A stretch of DNA of 50,995 nucleotides from an uncultured bacterium (GTDB lineage: Bacteria; Myxococcota_A; UBA9160; SMWR01), in the NCBI GenBank assembly GCA_937937315.1, contig CALDCK010000047.1, forward strand, positions 1-50,995, given 5' to 3'. The notes beneath the pieces are model-generated. The model was not told the origin of the DNA, did no database searches, and saw only the letters and a program-made list of their open reading frames with translations. Within the stretch, counting starts at the first letter, position 1; each line of letters starts with the position of its first letter. The translations under genes were made by a program, and so were the position numbers. This document shows, in pieces, positions 37,941 through 47,817 of this stretch.

Positions 37941-39098
37941 CTAGTGACCCCGCTCCTCGAACCAGCGGTCGATCTCGGTGCCGAGGAGGCGGTGTCCCTC
38001 TTCCCGGAAGTGGAAGACGTCGGGGAGGAACTGGTCGGTCAGCCCGAAGGTCTCCCCCGGCACGAGCTCCTCGAGGTCGAGATAGGCGAAGCCCTCCCGT
38101 GCGGACAGCGCCTCGAGCTCGGCGTGGAAGGCGTCATAGGCGTTGCGGTCGTGGTAGAAGCGCTCTGCACCGGGTCGATGGGGCGCCTTGTATACCAGGA
38201 GGGCAACGCCGTCGGCCCGGGTCTGGGCGATCAGCGCTCCCAGGGCCTCCTCGTTCACCACCCTCGCTCCCGGATCGACTCGTTGGACCGGGCGTCCTCG
38301 GAGGTGGAAGACGAGGCTCGTGAGGGGGAGCTTCCAGGCGGCGACGCCGGCGGAACGCAGGCGGTGACGTTCGGCGTAGGCGGGCCAGTGAGTTTCGAGG
38401 CGGGAAACCAGGGAGCGCTCGAGGCGCTCCTGGGGCGTTCCCGCCGTGGCGCTGCGCTCGACCGGAGCGGAGGCCGAGGCGAGGCGGCGCTCCCGCCGGG
38501 TCTCCTCCCGCGCCCGCTGAAGGATCCTGGCAGCTTCGCTTTCGGGGCCTCCGGTCGGGGCGAGGTCCGGGCTCGCGGTGTCGAGGAGCGCGATCACGTC
38601 CTCGCGCAGCGCCGTCTCCGAGAGATCGTCGTAGGTAAAGGCGAGCACGACCTGGTCGGGTCGGACCGCGGTCGCCCGAAAGGCCTGATAGGCGGCGAGG
38701 AGCTCGAGAAGCCCGGCATTCGGCAGGCTCAGCTGGGTGTAGGCGACGTCGCCGTGACGCGTTCTGGCCCGCTCCTCGGCAACCCAGACCGCCAGCTTCG
38801 CCTCGGGACCGGGCCGGTTGATGGCGTGGAGCTGCGAGGCCCCCAGCCACAGGGCGGTCGTCCGCCCCGCCCGGCGCAGCGACCGCAGGCGGTCGGCCAG
38901 GGCCGGGGCATCCCCGGCGTCGCCGGAGATCCGCCCTCCGTCGCGATCTTCCGCGGCGAAAGAGTAGGTCTGGAGCCCGAGCCCGAGCTCGGCGGCCACG
39001 AAATCGCGCTGCCAATGGGCGAGAGCCATCAACAGTCCGATCCCGATCCCGATCCCGATCGGGACGCTGACCCATGAGATGGGCGTCCGCGCGCTCAC
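37941..39098 (-). CDS. Membrane-anchored SGNH-like protein, probable MBOAT partner acyltransferase
   Basis: N-terminal TM; LGASQ block I, DVFH (DxxH)..EGH; directly upstream of MBOAT. Confidence 0.7.
   Translation of the reverse strand: MSARTPISWVSVPIGIGIGIGLLMALAHWQRDFVAAELGLGLQTYSFAAEDRDGGRISGDAGDAPALADRLRSLRRAGRTTALWLGASQLHAINRPGPEAKLAVWVAEERARTRHGDVAYTQLSLPNAGLLELLAAYQAFRATAVRPDQVVLAFTYDDLSETALREDVIALLDTASPDLAPTGGPESEAARILQRAREETRRERRLASASAPVERSATAGTPQERLERSLVSRLETHWPAYAERHRLRSAGVAAWKLPLTSLVFHLRGRPVQRVDPGARVVNEEALGALIAQTRADGVALLVYKAPHRPGAERFYHDRNAYDAFHAELEALSAREGFAYLDLEELVPGETFGLTDQFLPDVFHFREEGHRLLGTEIDRWFEERGH
39037..39060. repeat. (CCGATC)x4 in-frame hexamer repeat encoding IGIGIGI
   Basis: Direct reading. 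Confidence 0.85.
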
Positions 39099-39205
39099 CG
39101 ACCCCTCGTCTTCGCGGGGGGAGTGCGATCGCGCGAGTGTCGCCCAGAGGCCCCGCGGCGTCGAGCGCGGCGCGTCTAGCTGATAGGATCGGGGAGGCGA
39201 GGGCC

Positions 39206-40219
39206 GTGCCCGGCGGAGCGCGACCCGAAGGCGCCGCTGGCGACGCAGCGGCCGGGCGCCGCCCGGGCGGAGGTGAATTGGACAGCGAGCGCAGCGAGCC
39301 GCGGGTCGCCGTGGTCATCCCCTGCTACGACGAGGCGTCGACGATCGAGTCGGTGGTTCGAGACTTCGCTCAGGCGCTGCCCCAGGCGAGGATCTACGTC
39401 TTCGACAACAACTCGACGGACGATACGGCCGAGCTCGCGCGCCGGGCCGGCGCCGAGGTGATCCACTCGCCCCAGCAGGGGAAGGGGAACGTCGTGCGCC
39501 ACGCCATGAGTGCGGTGGACGCCGACCTCTACCTGCTCGTGGACGGAGACGCCACGTACCCGGCCGACGCCGCTCCGGCCCTGCTCGAGCGCTTCGAGCG
39601 CGACGACCTCGACATGCTGGTGGCAACCCGGCTCGGCTCCCACGACCGGGGCGCCTTCCGCGGGTTCCACCGTCTCGGAAACCGCTGGATCTCCCGGCTC
39701 ATCAGCCTGCTCTTTCGGACGGAGCTTCACGACGTCCTGTCGGGCTATCGGGTGTTGTCGCGCCGCTTCCTGGATGTCGTGCGGGTCCGGACCGGTGGAT
39801 TCGAGATCGAGACCGAGCTGACCCTCCAGGCCCTCGCAAAGGGTATGGCGATCGCCGAGACGCCGGTGCACTACGACCGGCGACCCGAAGGCAGCGCGTC
39901 GAAGCTCAATACCTGGAGCGACGGCTTCCTGATCGCCCGCTGCATCGGCCTGCTCTTCAAGGACTACAAGCCTCTCGCCTTCTTCACCGCGATCTCGCTG
40001 CTGCTGGCCGTCGCAGCCCTGGCGAGCGGAAGCGCTCCCATCATCGACTTCGTGCAGACGGGCTTCGTGCTCCACGTTCCGCGCGCGATCCTGGCGGCGG
40101 GGCTCGGAATCCTCTCGGTGGTGTCCCTGACGGCGGGACTCATCCTCGACACGATCGCGAAGTTCCACGCCGAGACGATCGAGCTGTGGAAGCGGCATCT
40201 GCGTGAGCACCGTTCCTAG
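39206..40219 (+). CDS. GT2 polyprenol-phosphate glycosyltransferase-like protein with C-terminal TMs
   Basis: VVIPCYDE, DNNSTD, GKG, DGDATY, SGYR, FEIETE; GTG 39206 after GGAGG (TTG 39278 is an alternative). Confidence 0.9.
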   Translation: MPGGARPEGAAGDAAAGRRPGGGELDSERSEPRVAVVIPCYDEASTIESVVRDFAQALPQARIYVFDNNSTDDTAELARRAGAEVIHSPQQGKGNVVRHAMSAVDADLYLLVDGDATYPADAAPALLERFERDDLDMLVATRLGSHDRGAFRGFHRLGNRWISRLISLLFRTELHDVLSGYRVLSRRFLDVVRVRTGGFEIETELTLQALAKGMAIAETPVHYDRRPEGSASKLNTWSDGFLIARCIGLLFKDYKPLAFFTAISLLLAVAALASGSAPIIDFVQTGFVLHVPRAILAAGLGILSVVSLTAGLILDTIAKFHAETIELWKRHLREHRS

Positions 40220-40919
40220 CAAGGACGACGCCCGCGCCTTCGAGGCTCCGGACCTCATCGAGGTGATGGAGGAGGCCGTCCGTTACAACCGATTCCTCGT
40301 CGGCGAGCTCTCCGCCTGGGCGCGTGACGCGGAATCGCTGCTGGACTTCGGCGCGGGCAACGGGCGATTCTGCGTCGCCCTCCAGGAGCGCGGCTATCAG
40401 GTTCACGCCGTCGAGCCCGACGCCGCCCTGCGCGCCCGGATCGCCGATCGCGGTGTCTCGACCGAGGAGGTCCTCGAGGGATTCGATCCGGACCTTCGCT
40501 TCGACGGCATCTACACGGTCAACGTGCTCGAGCACGTCGAGGACGATGTCGGCCTGCTCCGCGCGTTCTTCGAGCGACTGCGTCCCGGCGGGCGGCTGCT
40601 CGTATACGTCCCGGCCTTCGAGGTGCTCTTCTCGGCGAACGATCGCCGGGTGGGCCACCTGCGCCGCTATCGCCTGTCCGCACTGTGCGACCTGGTCCGC
40701 GGCGCCGGCTTCGAGATCGAGACGGCATCCTACGTCGACTGCCTGGGCTTCTTCGCGGGGCTCGCCTACCGCTTCTTCGGGAACCGCGACGGTGGGCTCG
40801 ACGTCGGAGCCGTGCGTCTCTACGACGGCGTAGTGTTCCCCCTGAGCCGCCTGTTCGATCGCGTGCTAGGGCATGTCTTCGGGAAGAATCTGATGATCAC
40901 CGCGGTCCGGCCCGACTGA
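40203..40919 (+). CDS. Class I SAM-dependent methyltransferase
   Basis: LDFGAGNG, NVLEHVEDD, LRPGG, VPA, GHLRRY. Confidence 0.9.
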   Translation: MSTVPSKDDARAFEAPDLIEVMEEAVRYNRFLVGELSAWARDAESLLDFGAGNGRFCVALQERGYQVHAVEPDAALRARIADRGVSTEEVLEGFDPDLRFDGIYTVNVLEHVEDDVGLLRAFFERLRPGGRLLVYVPAFEVLFSANDRRVGHLRRYRLSALCDLVRGAGFEIETASYVDCLGFFAGLAYRFFGNRDGGLDVGAVRLYDGVVFPLSRLFDRVLGHVFGKNLMITAVRPD

Positions 40920-41789
40920 GGCGGAGGCCTCCGCGCGCTCGAGCAGGACGTTCACGAAGAGCCCGCCCCCGAGCGCGTTCTCCGCGCGCAGCAGCAGGGA
41001 GGTCGCGGCGGTGACCAGGGGATGCCCGTCCATGCGTCCGCGGTGGAGCCGGTCGAACCAGAGCTCTCGGATCCGTAGTCCGGCCGCCGAGGCGGCGCGC
41101 TCGAGGCCGGGGCGGGTGAAGAACACGAGGTGGTGAGGCTCGTGGGTGCGGCGCGCCGGATAGCGCAGGTGTCCGAGGCTCGCGCGGTAGGTGGCGCGCC
41201 CGAGGACGGGCAGGAGACTCCGCTCGTGGATGGTCTGCAGGTAGATGAGGCCGCCGGGCGAGAGGCGCTCAGCAAGGCCCACGAGGAGCTGGGTCGGAGC
41301 GTCGACGTGCTCGAAGACGTCCCAGAGCGTCACCAGATCGAAGGGGCCCGGCGTCCGGGCGAGCCCCGCCAGCGCGTCGGTCGCGTGGATCCGCGCGTCG
41401 CGGTCCGCGGCCGCGGCGGTGGCGGAGCGCTCCGGGTCCAGCTCGATGCCCTCGCGCCGCACCTGGGGCAGGACGTCGCGCAGATGCCGGAGGAAGGCCC
41501 CGGTGCCGCAGCCCACGTCGAGTGCGGCGTGGATGGAGGCCCTGCGGTCTCCGAGGCGCCGGAGCAGCGCGTCCCACTTGTCGCGATCGAGGTCCGCGTT
41601 CTCGAAGTAGGAGTCCGGCGAGAAGGAAGTCCGGGCGGTGCGCACTCCCGCATCGCTCGCCCAGCAGCCGCATTCTCCGCAGTGCAGCAGCTGGAAGTCG
41701 CCGAGATCGATGCGCGGCTCCGAGGGCCCACGGCACACCGGGCAGACCCGACCACCCCGGGTCGCGAGCTCCGATCGCGTCACCGCCAC
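40866..41789 (-). CDS. Class I SAM-dependent methyltransferase with N-terminal Cys4 zinc motif
   Basis: CPVC...CGEC, LDVGCGTG, WDVFEH, PHHLVFFT. Confidence 0.88.
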   Translation of the reverse strand: MAVTRSELATRGGRVCPVCRGPSEPRIDLGDFQLLHCGECGCWASDAGVRTARTSFSPDSYFENADLDRDKWDALLRRLGDRRASIHAALDVGCGTGAFLRHLRDVLPQVRREGIELDPERSATAAAADRDARIHATDALAGLARTPGPFDLVTLWDVFEHVDAPTQLLVGLAERLSPGGLIYLQTIHERSLLPVLGRATYRASLGHLRYPARRTHEPHHLVFFTRPGLERAASAAGLRIRELWFDRLHRGRMDGHPLVTAATSLLLRAENALGGGLFVNVLLERAEASASVGPDRGDHQILPEDMP

Positions 41790-41839
41790 GCCCTCATCCT
41801 ATCGTGTCCGTCGGTTCCGTCGTGGATACACTGTGGCCC

Positions 41840-43420
41840 GTGCGGGTCGGGCCAAAGCGGATGAAGCTCCGGCGGTTCTGGTGGGCGGCGCTCCTGGCGG
41901 TCGGCTATCTGGCGTTCTCGGCCCACTACAGCCGGCTGGCGCCCTCTGGCTCCTGGGCCAACGCGATCTTCGGCGAGCTGGCCTGGAGCGAGGGGGATCC
42001 GGGGGGCTTCTACTTCGCGTCCGCTCACGAGCTTGCCTGGGGCGAGGCGCCGCTCTTCGTCGGCCACCCCGGCGCGACCCTGACGCCCCTGCTGCGCGGG
42101 ATCCAGTGGGCACACCATCTCGTCGCCGGCGATGGGGAGACCTCCTTCACCCGCTTCACCGTGCAGCACCTGCCCGAGGGGTTCCTGCTGTCGAAGCTGC
42201 TGATGACCGTGCTGCATCTGCTCTCCTTCGTCGCGCTCTACGCACTCGCGAAGGCGCTCCTGCGAGATCGTCGCGGAGCCGCGGTCGCGACCCTCGGCTA
42301 CGCGACCTCTCTGCCGGTGCTCTACTACCTGTCGCGGATCTCGGTCGAGCCGATCATGGTGCTCTGCCTCGTCGCGGGCTTCTGGGTCACCCTGCGTAGC
42401 GAGGACCTGGCTCGAGAAGGTCGAGTCGGTTCGTCGCGGCTCTGTGCGGCGCTGGCCGGGGTCGTCGCGGTCTCGGGCGCCATGACGAAGCTCGCCTTCC
42501 TGGGGCCGCTTCCCTTCTTCCTGGCGCTCCACCTCCTGGCAGACGGAGGATGCCCCGGCGGTGAGCGATCCATCGCCTGGCGAGTGCGCTGGCAGGCCTT
42601 CGCCGTCTTCGCCGTTGCCGGTCTGGTGACGCTGGCGCTCTTCTCCCAGATCGTCGACTGGTCGCAGTTCGTCGCCGCCTGGCGGGTCGTCGCCCGGAAG
42701 CCCGTCGGCGGCTGGACGCTCTCGGACCTCCTGCCTGGGCTGGGCGCGAGCCGGATCTTCCTGGCGGCCGAGCTGGGCTTCGCGCTCTGCGCTGCGGCGG
42801 GCTGGGTACACTTCGTCCTTCGGCGCCCTCGAGACCGCCGGCGCGCACTCTGGCTCTCCGCCTATGGCGCCTACGGGCTGGCGTTCTTCGTCTATCGGGT
42901 CGTGTTGGAGGGAAGCTTCCTCCCCTTCCACTACGCCTTCGTCGCCTGGGCAATCGGGGCGATCTTCTTCGGCTACGCAAGCGTCCTCCTCGCGCAGCGC
43001 CTCCAGATCGCCCCCGGTTGGCCGGCGGCGGCGGCCCTCGCCCTCTGGCTCGCGATCCTCCACGGAGTCGGCGTCTTCGGCGTCGTCGATGCGCGGCGCC
43101 ACGACGCCCGGGCGTTCGAGCAGCGTCAGGCCTTCTTCCCCCTGCTCGCCCAGGTCGGACCGGACGATCGGCTCGCCGTGGTGAGCGCCTCGCCGCGGCC
43201 GAATCCGCTGTCGGGTGAGCTCGTTCGACTCCATGGATTCGTCTTTCCGACGCTCTTCCACGCGAGGCGTTCGCGTCTCCGCGAGGAGATCGATTCGATC
43301 GTGACCCGGATCCCCCCGAGGAGCGTCCCGAAGGACGCTCCGGGTGCCCGGGTGCCGGTCCTGAGGAGCCGGGTCGTGGTGCTCCGAGCGGACGAGGGGG
43401 AGGAGCCCCGGGGCCTTTGA
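41840..43420 (+). CDS. Polytopic membrane protein, possible GT-C glycosyltransferase
   Basis: Many TM segments; first loop EGDP..FY, GHPG, SVEP, TKL; glycan-locus context; start GTG 41840 or ATG 41861. Confidence 0.6.
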   Translation: MRVGPKRMKLRRFWWAALLAVGYLAFSAHYSRLAPSGSWANAIFGELAWSEGDPGGFYFASAHELAWGEAPLFVGHPGATLTPLLRGIQWAHHLVAGDGETSFTRFTVQHLPEGFLLSKLLMTVLHLLSFVALYALAKALLRDRRGAAVATLGYATSLPVLYYLSRISVEPIMVLCLVAGFWVTLRSEDLAREGRVGSSRLCAALAGVVAVSGAMTKLAFLGPLPFFLALHLLADGGCPGGERSIAWRVRWQAFAVFAVAGLVTLALFSQIVDWSQFVAAWRVVARKPVGGWTLSDLLPGLGASRIFLAAELGFALCAAAGWVHFVLRRPRDRRRALWLSAYGAYGLAFFVYRVVLEGSFLPFHYAFVAWAIGAIFFGYASVLLAQRLQIAPGWPAAAALALWLAILHGVGVFGVVDARRHDARAFEQRQAFFPLLAQVGPDDRLAVVSASPRPNPLSGELVRLHGFVFPTLFHARRSRLREEIDSIVTRIPPRSVPKDAPGARVPVLRSRVVVLRADEGEEPRGL

Positions 43421-43488
43421 CCGCACCATCGGGGCTCCAGTAACCTCCTCGCGGAGCCGATTGAAACGGGTGGTGTGAGGTAAACGAT

Positions 43489-44505
43489 TTGAGCGATCCC
43501 ATACCCTTGAACGCGAGGACCTTCGTGGCGGGTCACCGGGGCCTGGTAGGCTCTGCCGTGGTCCGCCGCCTCGAAGAGGAGGGGTTCACGGACCTGCTCC
43601 TGGCCGGGCGCGAGCAGCTCGACCTTCGAGACCAGGCCGCCGTGGACTACTGGTTCCGAGCAAATCGACCGGAGTACGTCTACCTCGTGGCCGGCACGGT
43701 GGGAGGCATCCTCCCGAACTCGCGGCGGCCAGCGGACTTCATCTACGACAACCTGATGATCCACGCGACGGTCGTCCAGGCGGCGCACCACTTCGGCGTG
43801 AAGAAGCTCCTCTACCTGGGAAGCTCCTGCATCTATCCCCGAGAAGCTCCCCAGCCCATGACCGAGTCGAACCTGCTGGCGGGCCCGCTGGAGCCCACCA
43901 ACGAGGCCTACGCGATCGCGAAGATCGCGGGGATCAAGCTCTGCGCCGCCTACAAGAAGCAGTATGGCTGCAACTTCATCTCGGGAATGCCCACGAACCT
44001 CTACGGTCCGAACGACAACTTCGACCTGGAGACCTCCCACGTCCTGCCTGCCCTGATCCGCAAGTTTCACGAGGCGAAGCTGCGGGGCGAGAAGAGCGTG
44101 ACCGTGTGGGGGACGGGCTCGCCGAAACGCGAGTTCATGCACGTCGAGGATCTGGCGGACTGCTGTCTCTTCCTGATGCGCAACTACGAAGGGGACTCCC
44201 ACGTCAACATCGGGACCGGGGAGGACATCAGCATTCGGGAGGTCGCCGAGCTCGTTCGAGATCTCGTCTACCCGGAGGGGGAGCTCGTACTCGACTCTAC
44301 GAAGCCCGATGGGATGCCCCGGAAGCTCCTGGACGTGAGCCTTCTTCACGAGCTCGGCTGGCAGCACCGCATCGGCCTCCGCGAGGGCATCGCCAGCACC
44401 TACGAGTGGCTGCAGGAGCACTACGGCGCCGTGGAGGACGGTTGCCGCGGGTCCGTCGCCCCGACGCCGCTGCGTCGCGCCGGCGACCGCCGCCGCTCGG
44501 TCTGA
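43489..44505 (+). CDS. fcl: GDP-L-fucose synthase
   Basis: VAGHRGLVGSA, VGGI, LGSSCIYP, LEPTNEAYAIAKIAG, PTNLYGPNDNF, SHVLPAL, WGTGSPKREF. Confidence 0.96.
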   Translation: MSDPIPLNARTFVAGHRGLVGSAVVRRLEEEGFTDLLLAGREQLDLRDQAAVDYWFRANRPEYVYLVAGTVGGILPNSRRPADFIYDNLMIHATVVQAAHHFGVKKLLYLGSSCIYPREAPQPMTESNLLAGPLEPTNEAYAIAKIAGIKLCAAYKKQYGCNFISGMPTNLYGPNDNFDLETSHVLPALIRKFHEAKLRGEKSVTVWGTGSPKREFMHVEDLADCCLFLMRNYEGDSHVNIGTGEDISIREVAELVRDLVYPEGELVLDSTKPDGMPRKLLDVSLLHELGWQHRIGLREGIASTYEWLQEHYGAVEDGCRGSVAPTPLRRAGDRRRSV

Positions 44506-44518
44506 TTCCGATCCGGCG

Positions 44519-45265
44519 GTGGAGTCGCGGCCGTCCCTCGACGATCCCGAGCGGATCGACGCGATTCGACGCCGCATTCGCGGAACACCCGCCCTCGAGC
44601 TCTGGTATCGCGAATGCTACGCGAAGTTCGCGGCCTGCATCGACCGCGCTGCGGGCGACGGACCGGTGCTCGAGCTCGGCTCGGGTGCGGGCTTCCTGCG
44701 CGAGATCCTGCCCGAGGTGATCACCTCCGACGTCCTTCCCTACGAAGGCGTCGACCGCGTGATCGATGCGACGCACCTGCCCTACGAGGACGGCGCCCTT
44801 CGCGCGATCGTGATGCTCAACGTCTTCCATCACATCGCCGACGCCGGCGCCTTCCTCTCCGAGGTGGACCGCTGCCTCGCGCCGGGGGGCCGGTTGTTCA
44901 TGGTAGACCAGCACGTGGGGTGGATCAGCGGCCCCATCCTCGCCCACGCCCACCACGAGCCCTTCGACCGCGAGGCGCGGGACTGGTACTTCGACTCCGA
45001 GGGTCCCCTCCAGTCGGCGAACGGCGCGCTCACCTGGATCGTCTTCTGCCGCGACCGCGTCCTGCTCGAAGCCCGCCATCCCCGGCTTCGCCTCGCGCGC
45101 TACGCCCCCCACACCCCCCTTCGCTACTTCCTGGCCGGCGGCTTGAAGCGCTGGAGCTTGTTGCCGGGCTGGGCCTTCCCCATGGCGAGCGCCCTCGATC
45201 GGGCGCTGCTGGGCTTGTCCGCCGAGCTGGGTAGCTTCGTGGACGTGGAGCTGGTGCGGCGCTGA
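44519..45265 (+). CDS. Class I SAM-dependent methyltransferase
   Basis: LELGSGAG, NVFHHI, LAPGG, HHEPFD. Confidence 0.88.
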   Translation: MESRPSLDDPERIDAIRRRIRGTPALELWYRECYAKFAACIDRAAGDGPVLELGSGAGFLREILPEVITSDVLPYEGVDRVIDATHLPYEDGALRAIVMLNVFHHIADAGAFLSEVDRCLAPGGRLFMVDQHVGWISGPILAHAHHEPFDREARDWYFDSEGPLQSANGALTWIVFCRDRVLLEARHPRLRLARYAPHTPLRYFLAGGLKRWSLLPGWAFPMASALDRALLGLSAELGSFVDVELVRR

Positions 45266-45284
45266 TCCGTCCGCGGGACGCGGC

Positions 45285-46604
45285 TCAGAGTCGCGCCGTC
45301 CGGATCCTCGCGAGCCCCACGGCGGTCATTCGCAGCAGGTCCAGACCGTGGCGGAAGCGGCGGATCTGGGTGCTGCCGAAGGTGCGGTCGCGATATCGGA
45401 TCGGAACGTCCACCACGCCGAGCCCGAGGACCGCCGCGGGGAAGAGCAGCTCGAAATCGCCGAATGGGTCGAAGTCCCCGAAGTCCTCGCGCCAGCGGCG
45501 GAAGCGGTCGTAGTCCTCGCGGGAGAGGAGCTTCGTGCCGCAGAGCACGTCGGTGAGGCGCGTTCCCAGGATCCAGCTCAGGGTCTTCGCGAAGAAGAGG
45601 TTCCCGAGTAGGTTCAGCGAACGCATGGCCTCCCCCTCCATCGGGTAGACGAGTCGGCTCCCGTTGATCAGGTCCGCGTCGCCGCGGCAATAGGCGTCGT
45701 AGAAGCGGGGCAGCAGCTCCGGGGGCATGGTGAGGTCTGCATCCAGGATCGTGAGCACCTCTCCCGTTGCGTGTTCGAAGCCCAGCCGCACCGCGTCGGC
45801 CTTGCCCTCCCCGGACTGCCGCAGGGCCAGGCAGTCGAAGCGGGGGCTTGTCGCGATCACGCGCTCGATTTCCTCCCAGGTTCCGTCGCTCGAGTGACCC
45901 TCTACGAAGACCACCTCGACCCGGTCGGAGTCGAAGTCGGGCAGCCGTTCGAGAGCGGGCGCGATGTTGCCGCGCTCGTTGCGCGCCGGGATTACGATCG
46001 AGAGCGACGGCCTCCGGGGACCCGGAAGGATGGGGCGGAGGAAGACGATCTCGACCATGGCGAAGTTGCGCAGCAGCGGCAGGGCCGAGAGCAGGCGGTC
46101 GAGCAGCGTGCCGAGGCCCAGCAGTGCGAAGGGGAAGTGGGCGGCGGACCGCTCTCGGACGACCTCGAAGCCCGAGAGCTTTGCGATCCCCATCAGGGCC
46201 GAGCGCGTCACGAAGGTCGTCGGCAGCTCCGCCTCGCGCAGGCCCAGTCGATGCGCGAGGGCGAAGAGCCCGCGCAGGTAGGGGTTGTAGCAGACCGCCA
46301 GCACGCGAGAGGTGCGTGAGAGCTTCGGCTTGATCTCCATCAGGATCTTCTGGATGTCGAAGTCGTAGTTGAAGTTCGCGTAGAGGAGCACGGCCGCCCG
46401 CTCCTCGCGATCCTTCGAGAGGTCGGGAAGCGCCGCCTCGCCGTCGACGCGTTCCTTCCGCGGGCAGTCGATCGCTTCGAGGAACTCACCCCGATCCGAT
46501 GCGTGGGGGAGCCACTGGACGAGACGGTCGTAGTAGCGCGTCGCCGTCGAGATCTCGGCGGCGATCTGCTTCACGAGGTGGGTCGTCGAGAGCTTCCAGC
46601 TCAT
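45285..46604 (-). CDS. GT2 glycosyltransferase with degenerate methyltransferase-like N-terminal domain
   Basis: SIVIPARNE, EGHSSDGT, GKADAV, DADL, D.LCGTK, DPFGDFELL. Confidence 0.87.
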   Translation of the reverse strand: MSWKLSTTHLVKQIAAEISTATRYYDRLVQWLPHASDRGEFLEAIDCPRKERVDGEAALPDLSKDREERAAVLLYANFNYDFDIQKILMEIKPKLSRTSRVLAVCYNPYLRGLFALAHRLGLREAELPTTFVTRSALMGIAKLSGFEVVRERSAAHFPFALLGLGTLLDRLLSALPLLRNFAMVEIVFLRPILPGPRRPSLSIVIPARNERGNIAPALERLPDFDSDRVEVVFVEGHSSDGTWEEIERVIATSPRFDCLALRQSGEGKADAVRLGFEHATGEVLTILDADLTMPPELLPRFYDAYCRGDADLINGSRLVYPMEGEAMRSLNLLGNLFFAKTLSWILGTRLTDVLCGTKLLSREDYDRFRRWREDFGDFDPFGDFELLFPAAVLGLGVVDVPIRYRDRTFGSTQIRRFRHGLDLLRMTAVGLARIRTARL

Positions 46605-46658
46605 GCCCGAAGGGTGACCGCGATCCCGCGAGGTGTCCACGCGGACCGGGTCGCTGGC

Positions 46659-47531
46659 TCAGAAGCGAGCCGTCTCCTTGGGCTCGGGGACGACTCCGTT
46701 CTCGATCTCTCCGATGCCATCGATCGCGATCTTCACCACGTCGCCGGGTACCAGCCAGCGGGGCGGCTTCATCGCCCCGGCAATTCCGCTCGGTGTCCCC
46801 GTGGAGATCACGTCCCCGGGCTCGAGGGTGAAGGCGGTCGAGAGGTGCTCGACCAGACTGAAGCAGTCGAAGATCAGGTTCTTCGTGTTCGAGGACTGAC
46901 GCAGCTCGCCGTTGACCCAGGTGCGGACGTCCAGGGTGTGGGGATCGCCGAGCTCATCGGCGGTGACGATCGCCGGTCCCATCGGCCCGTGGGTGTCGAA
47001 AGACTTGCCCATGGTGAAGGTCGGCACCCGAAGCTGCCAGTCGCGGACGGAGACGTCGTTGCAGATGGTGTAGCCGGCGATGACCTCCGCAGCGTGCTCC
47101 TTCGGAACGTGTCGGCACTCCTTGCCGATCACGAAGGCGAGCTCGCCCTCGTAGTCGAGGCGGTGAGAGGCGCGAGGCAGGTGAAAGGGCTCGAAGGGGG
47201 GATGCGCGCAGGTCGACTGCTTGTTGAAGATCATCGGGACCTTCGGAATCTCCATCCCGGCCTCTTCGGCGTGATCGCGGTAGTTGAGGCCGACGCCGAG
47301 GAACTTCGGCGGGCGGGGCACCGGCGGCCCGAGTCGCACCGAGGGCAGGGGCCGGCGCGAGCCGCTCCCGGCGAGGACTCGTCTCGCCGCCTGGGTCGCC
47401 TCCTCGCCCGCGGCGAGGAACGCACACATCTCCGTCGGCAGGGTCGGATCTGCGGCCTGGAGGTCGACCACCTCGTCTCCGTCCAGGAGGCCGATCCGCT
47501 GGGTGTCGTCGCTGAAGGTGATGAGACGCAT
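46659..47531 (-). CDS. Fumarylacetoacetate hydrolase family protein
   Basis: GLNYRDHAEE, DYEGELA, NDVSVRDWQ, GKSFDT, GDVISTGTPSG. Confidence 0.94.
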   Translation of the reverse strand: MRLITFSDDTQRIGLLDGDEVVDLQAADPTLPTEMCAFLAAGEEATQAARRVLAGSGSRRPLPSVRLGPPVPRPPKFLGVGLNYRDHAEEAGMEIPKVPMIFNKQSTCAHPPFEPFHLPRASHRLDYEGELAFVIGKECRHVPKEHAAEVIAGYTICNDVSVRDWQLRVPTFTMGKSFDTHGPMGPAIVTADELGDPHTLDVRTWVNGELRQSSNTKNLIFDCFSLVEHLSTAFTLEPGDVISTGTPSGIAGAMKPPRWLVPGDVVKIAIDGIGEIENGVVPEPKETARF

Positions 47532-47817
47532 GGGTGGTGGGCCTGGGGGTTGCTTCGATGGGTCGGAGATCTTGCCCCATGGCGCCCTGACCACGCCAGG
47601 GCGGCCGCGGGTCGAGTCGTAGTATCCTGGGCCGGGTCGAGGGAGGGAGACCCCATGAGTGCGCAGTGGACGATCCGGGGGCGTGCGCTGCCATTGCGTG
47701 CTTCGTGCTGGAGAAGAAGGTGCTGCCGGGTGGCCGGCGCAGCGGTCGGCTGGCAGGACTCGCGCTGATCGCCCTCGTTCTGGGAGTAGAAGTGGCTGGC
47801 CGGGCGCGGGGGCTGTC

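Noticed and set aside
39037-39060. Hexamer repeat as a phase-variation switch
   Set aside because: Unit length is a multiple of three and only four copies, so slippage would not shift the frame
34824-39077. 1417-aa plus-strand ORF
   Set aside because: Antisense shadow of four well-supported minus-strand genes; no motifs; long shadow ORFs are expected at this GC
40866-40919. 54-bp convergent overlap of two methyltransferases
   Set aside because: Short 3' overlaps are common in GC-rich genomes
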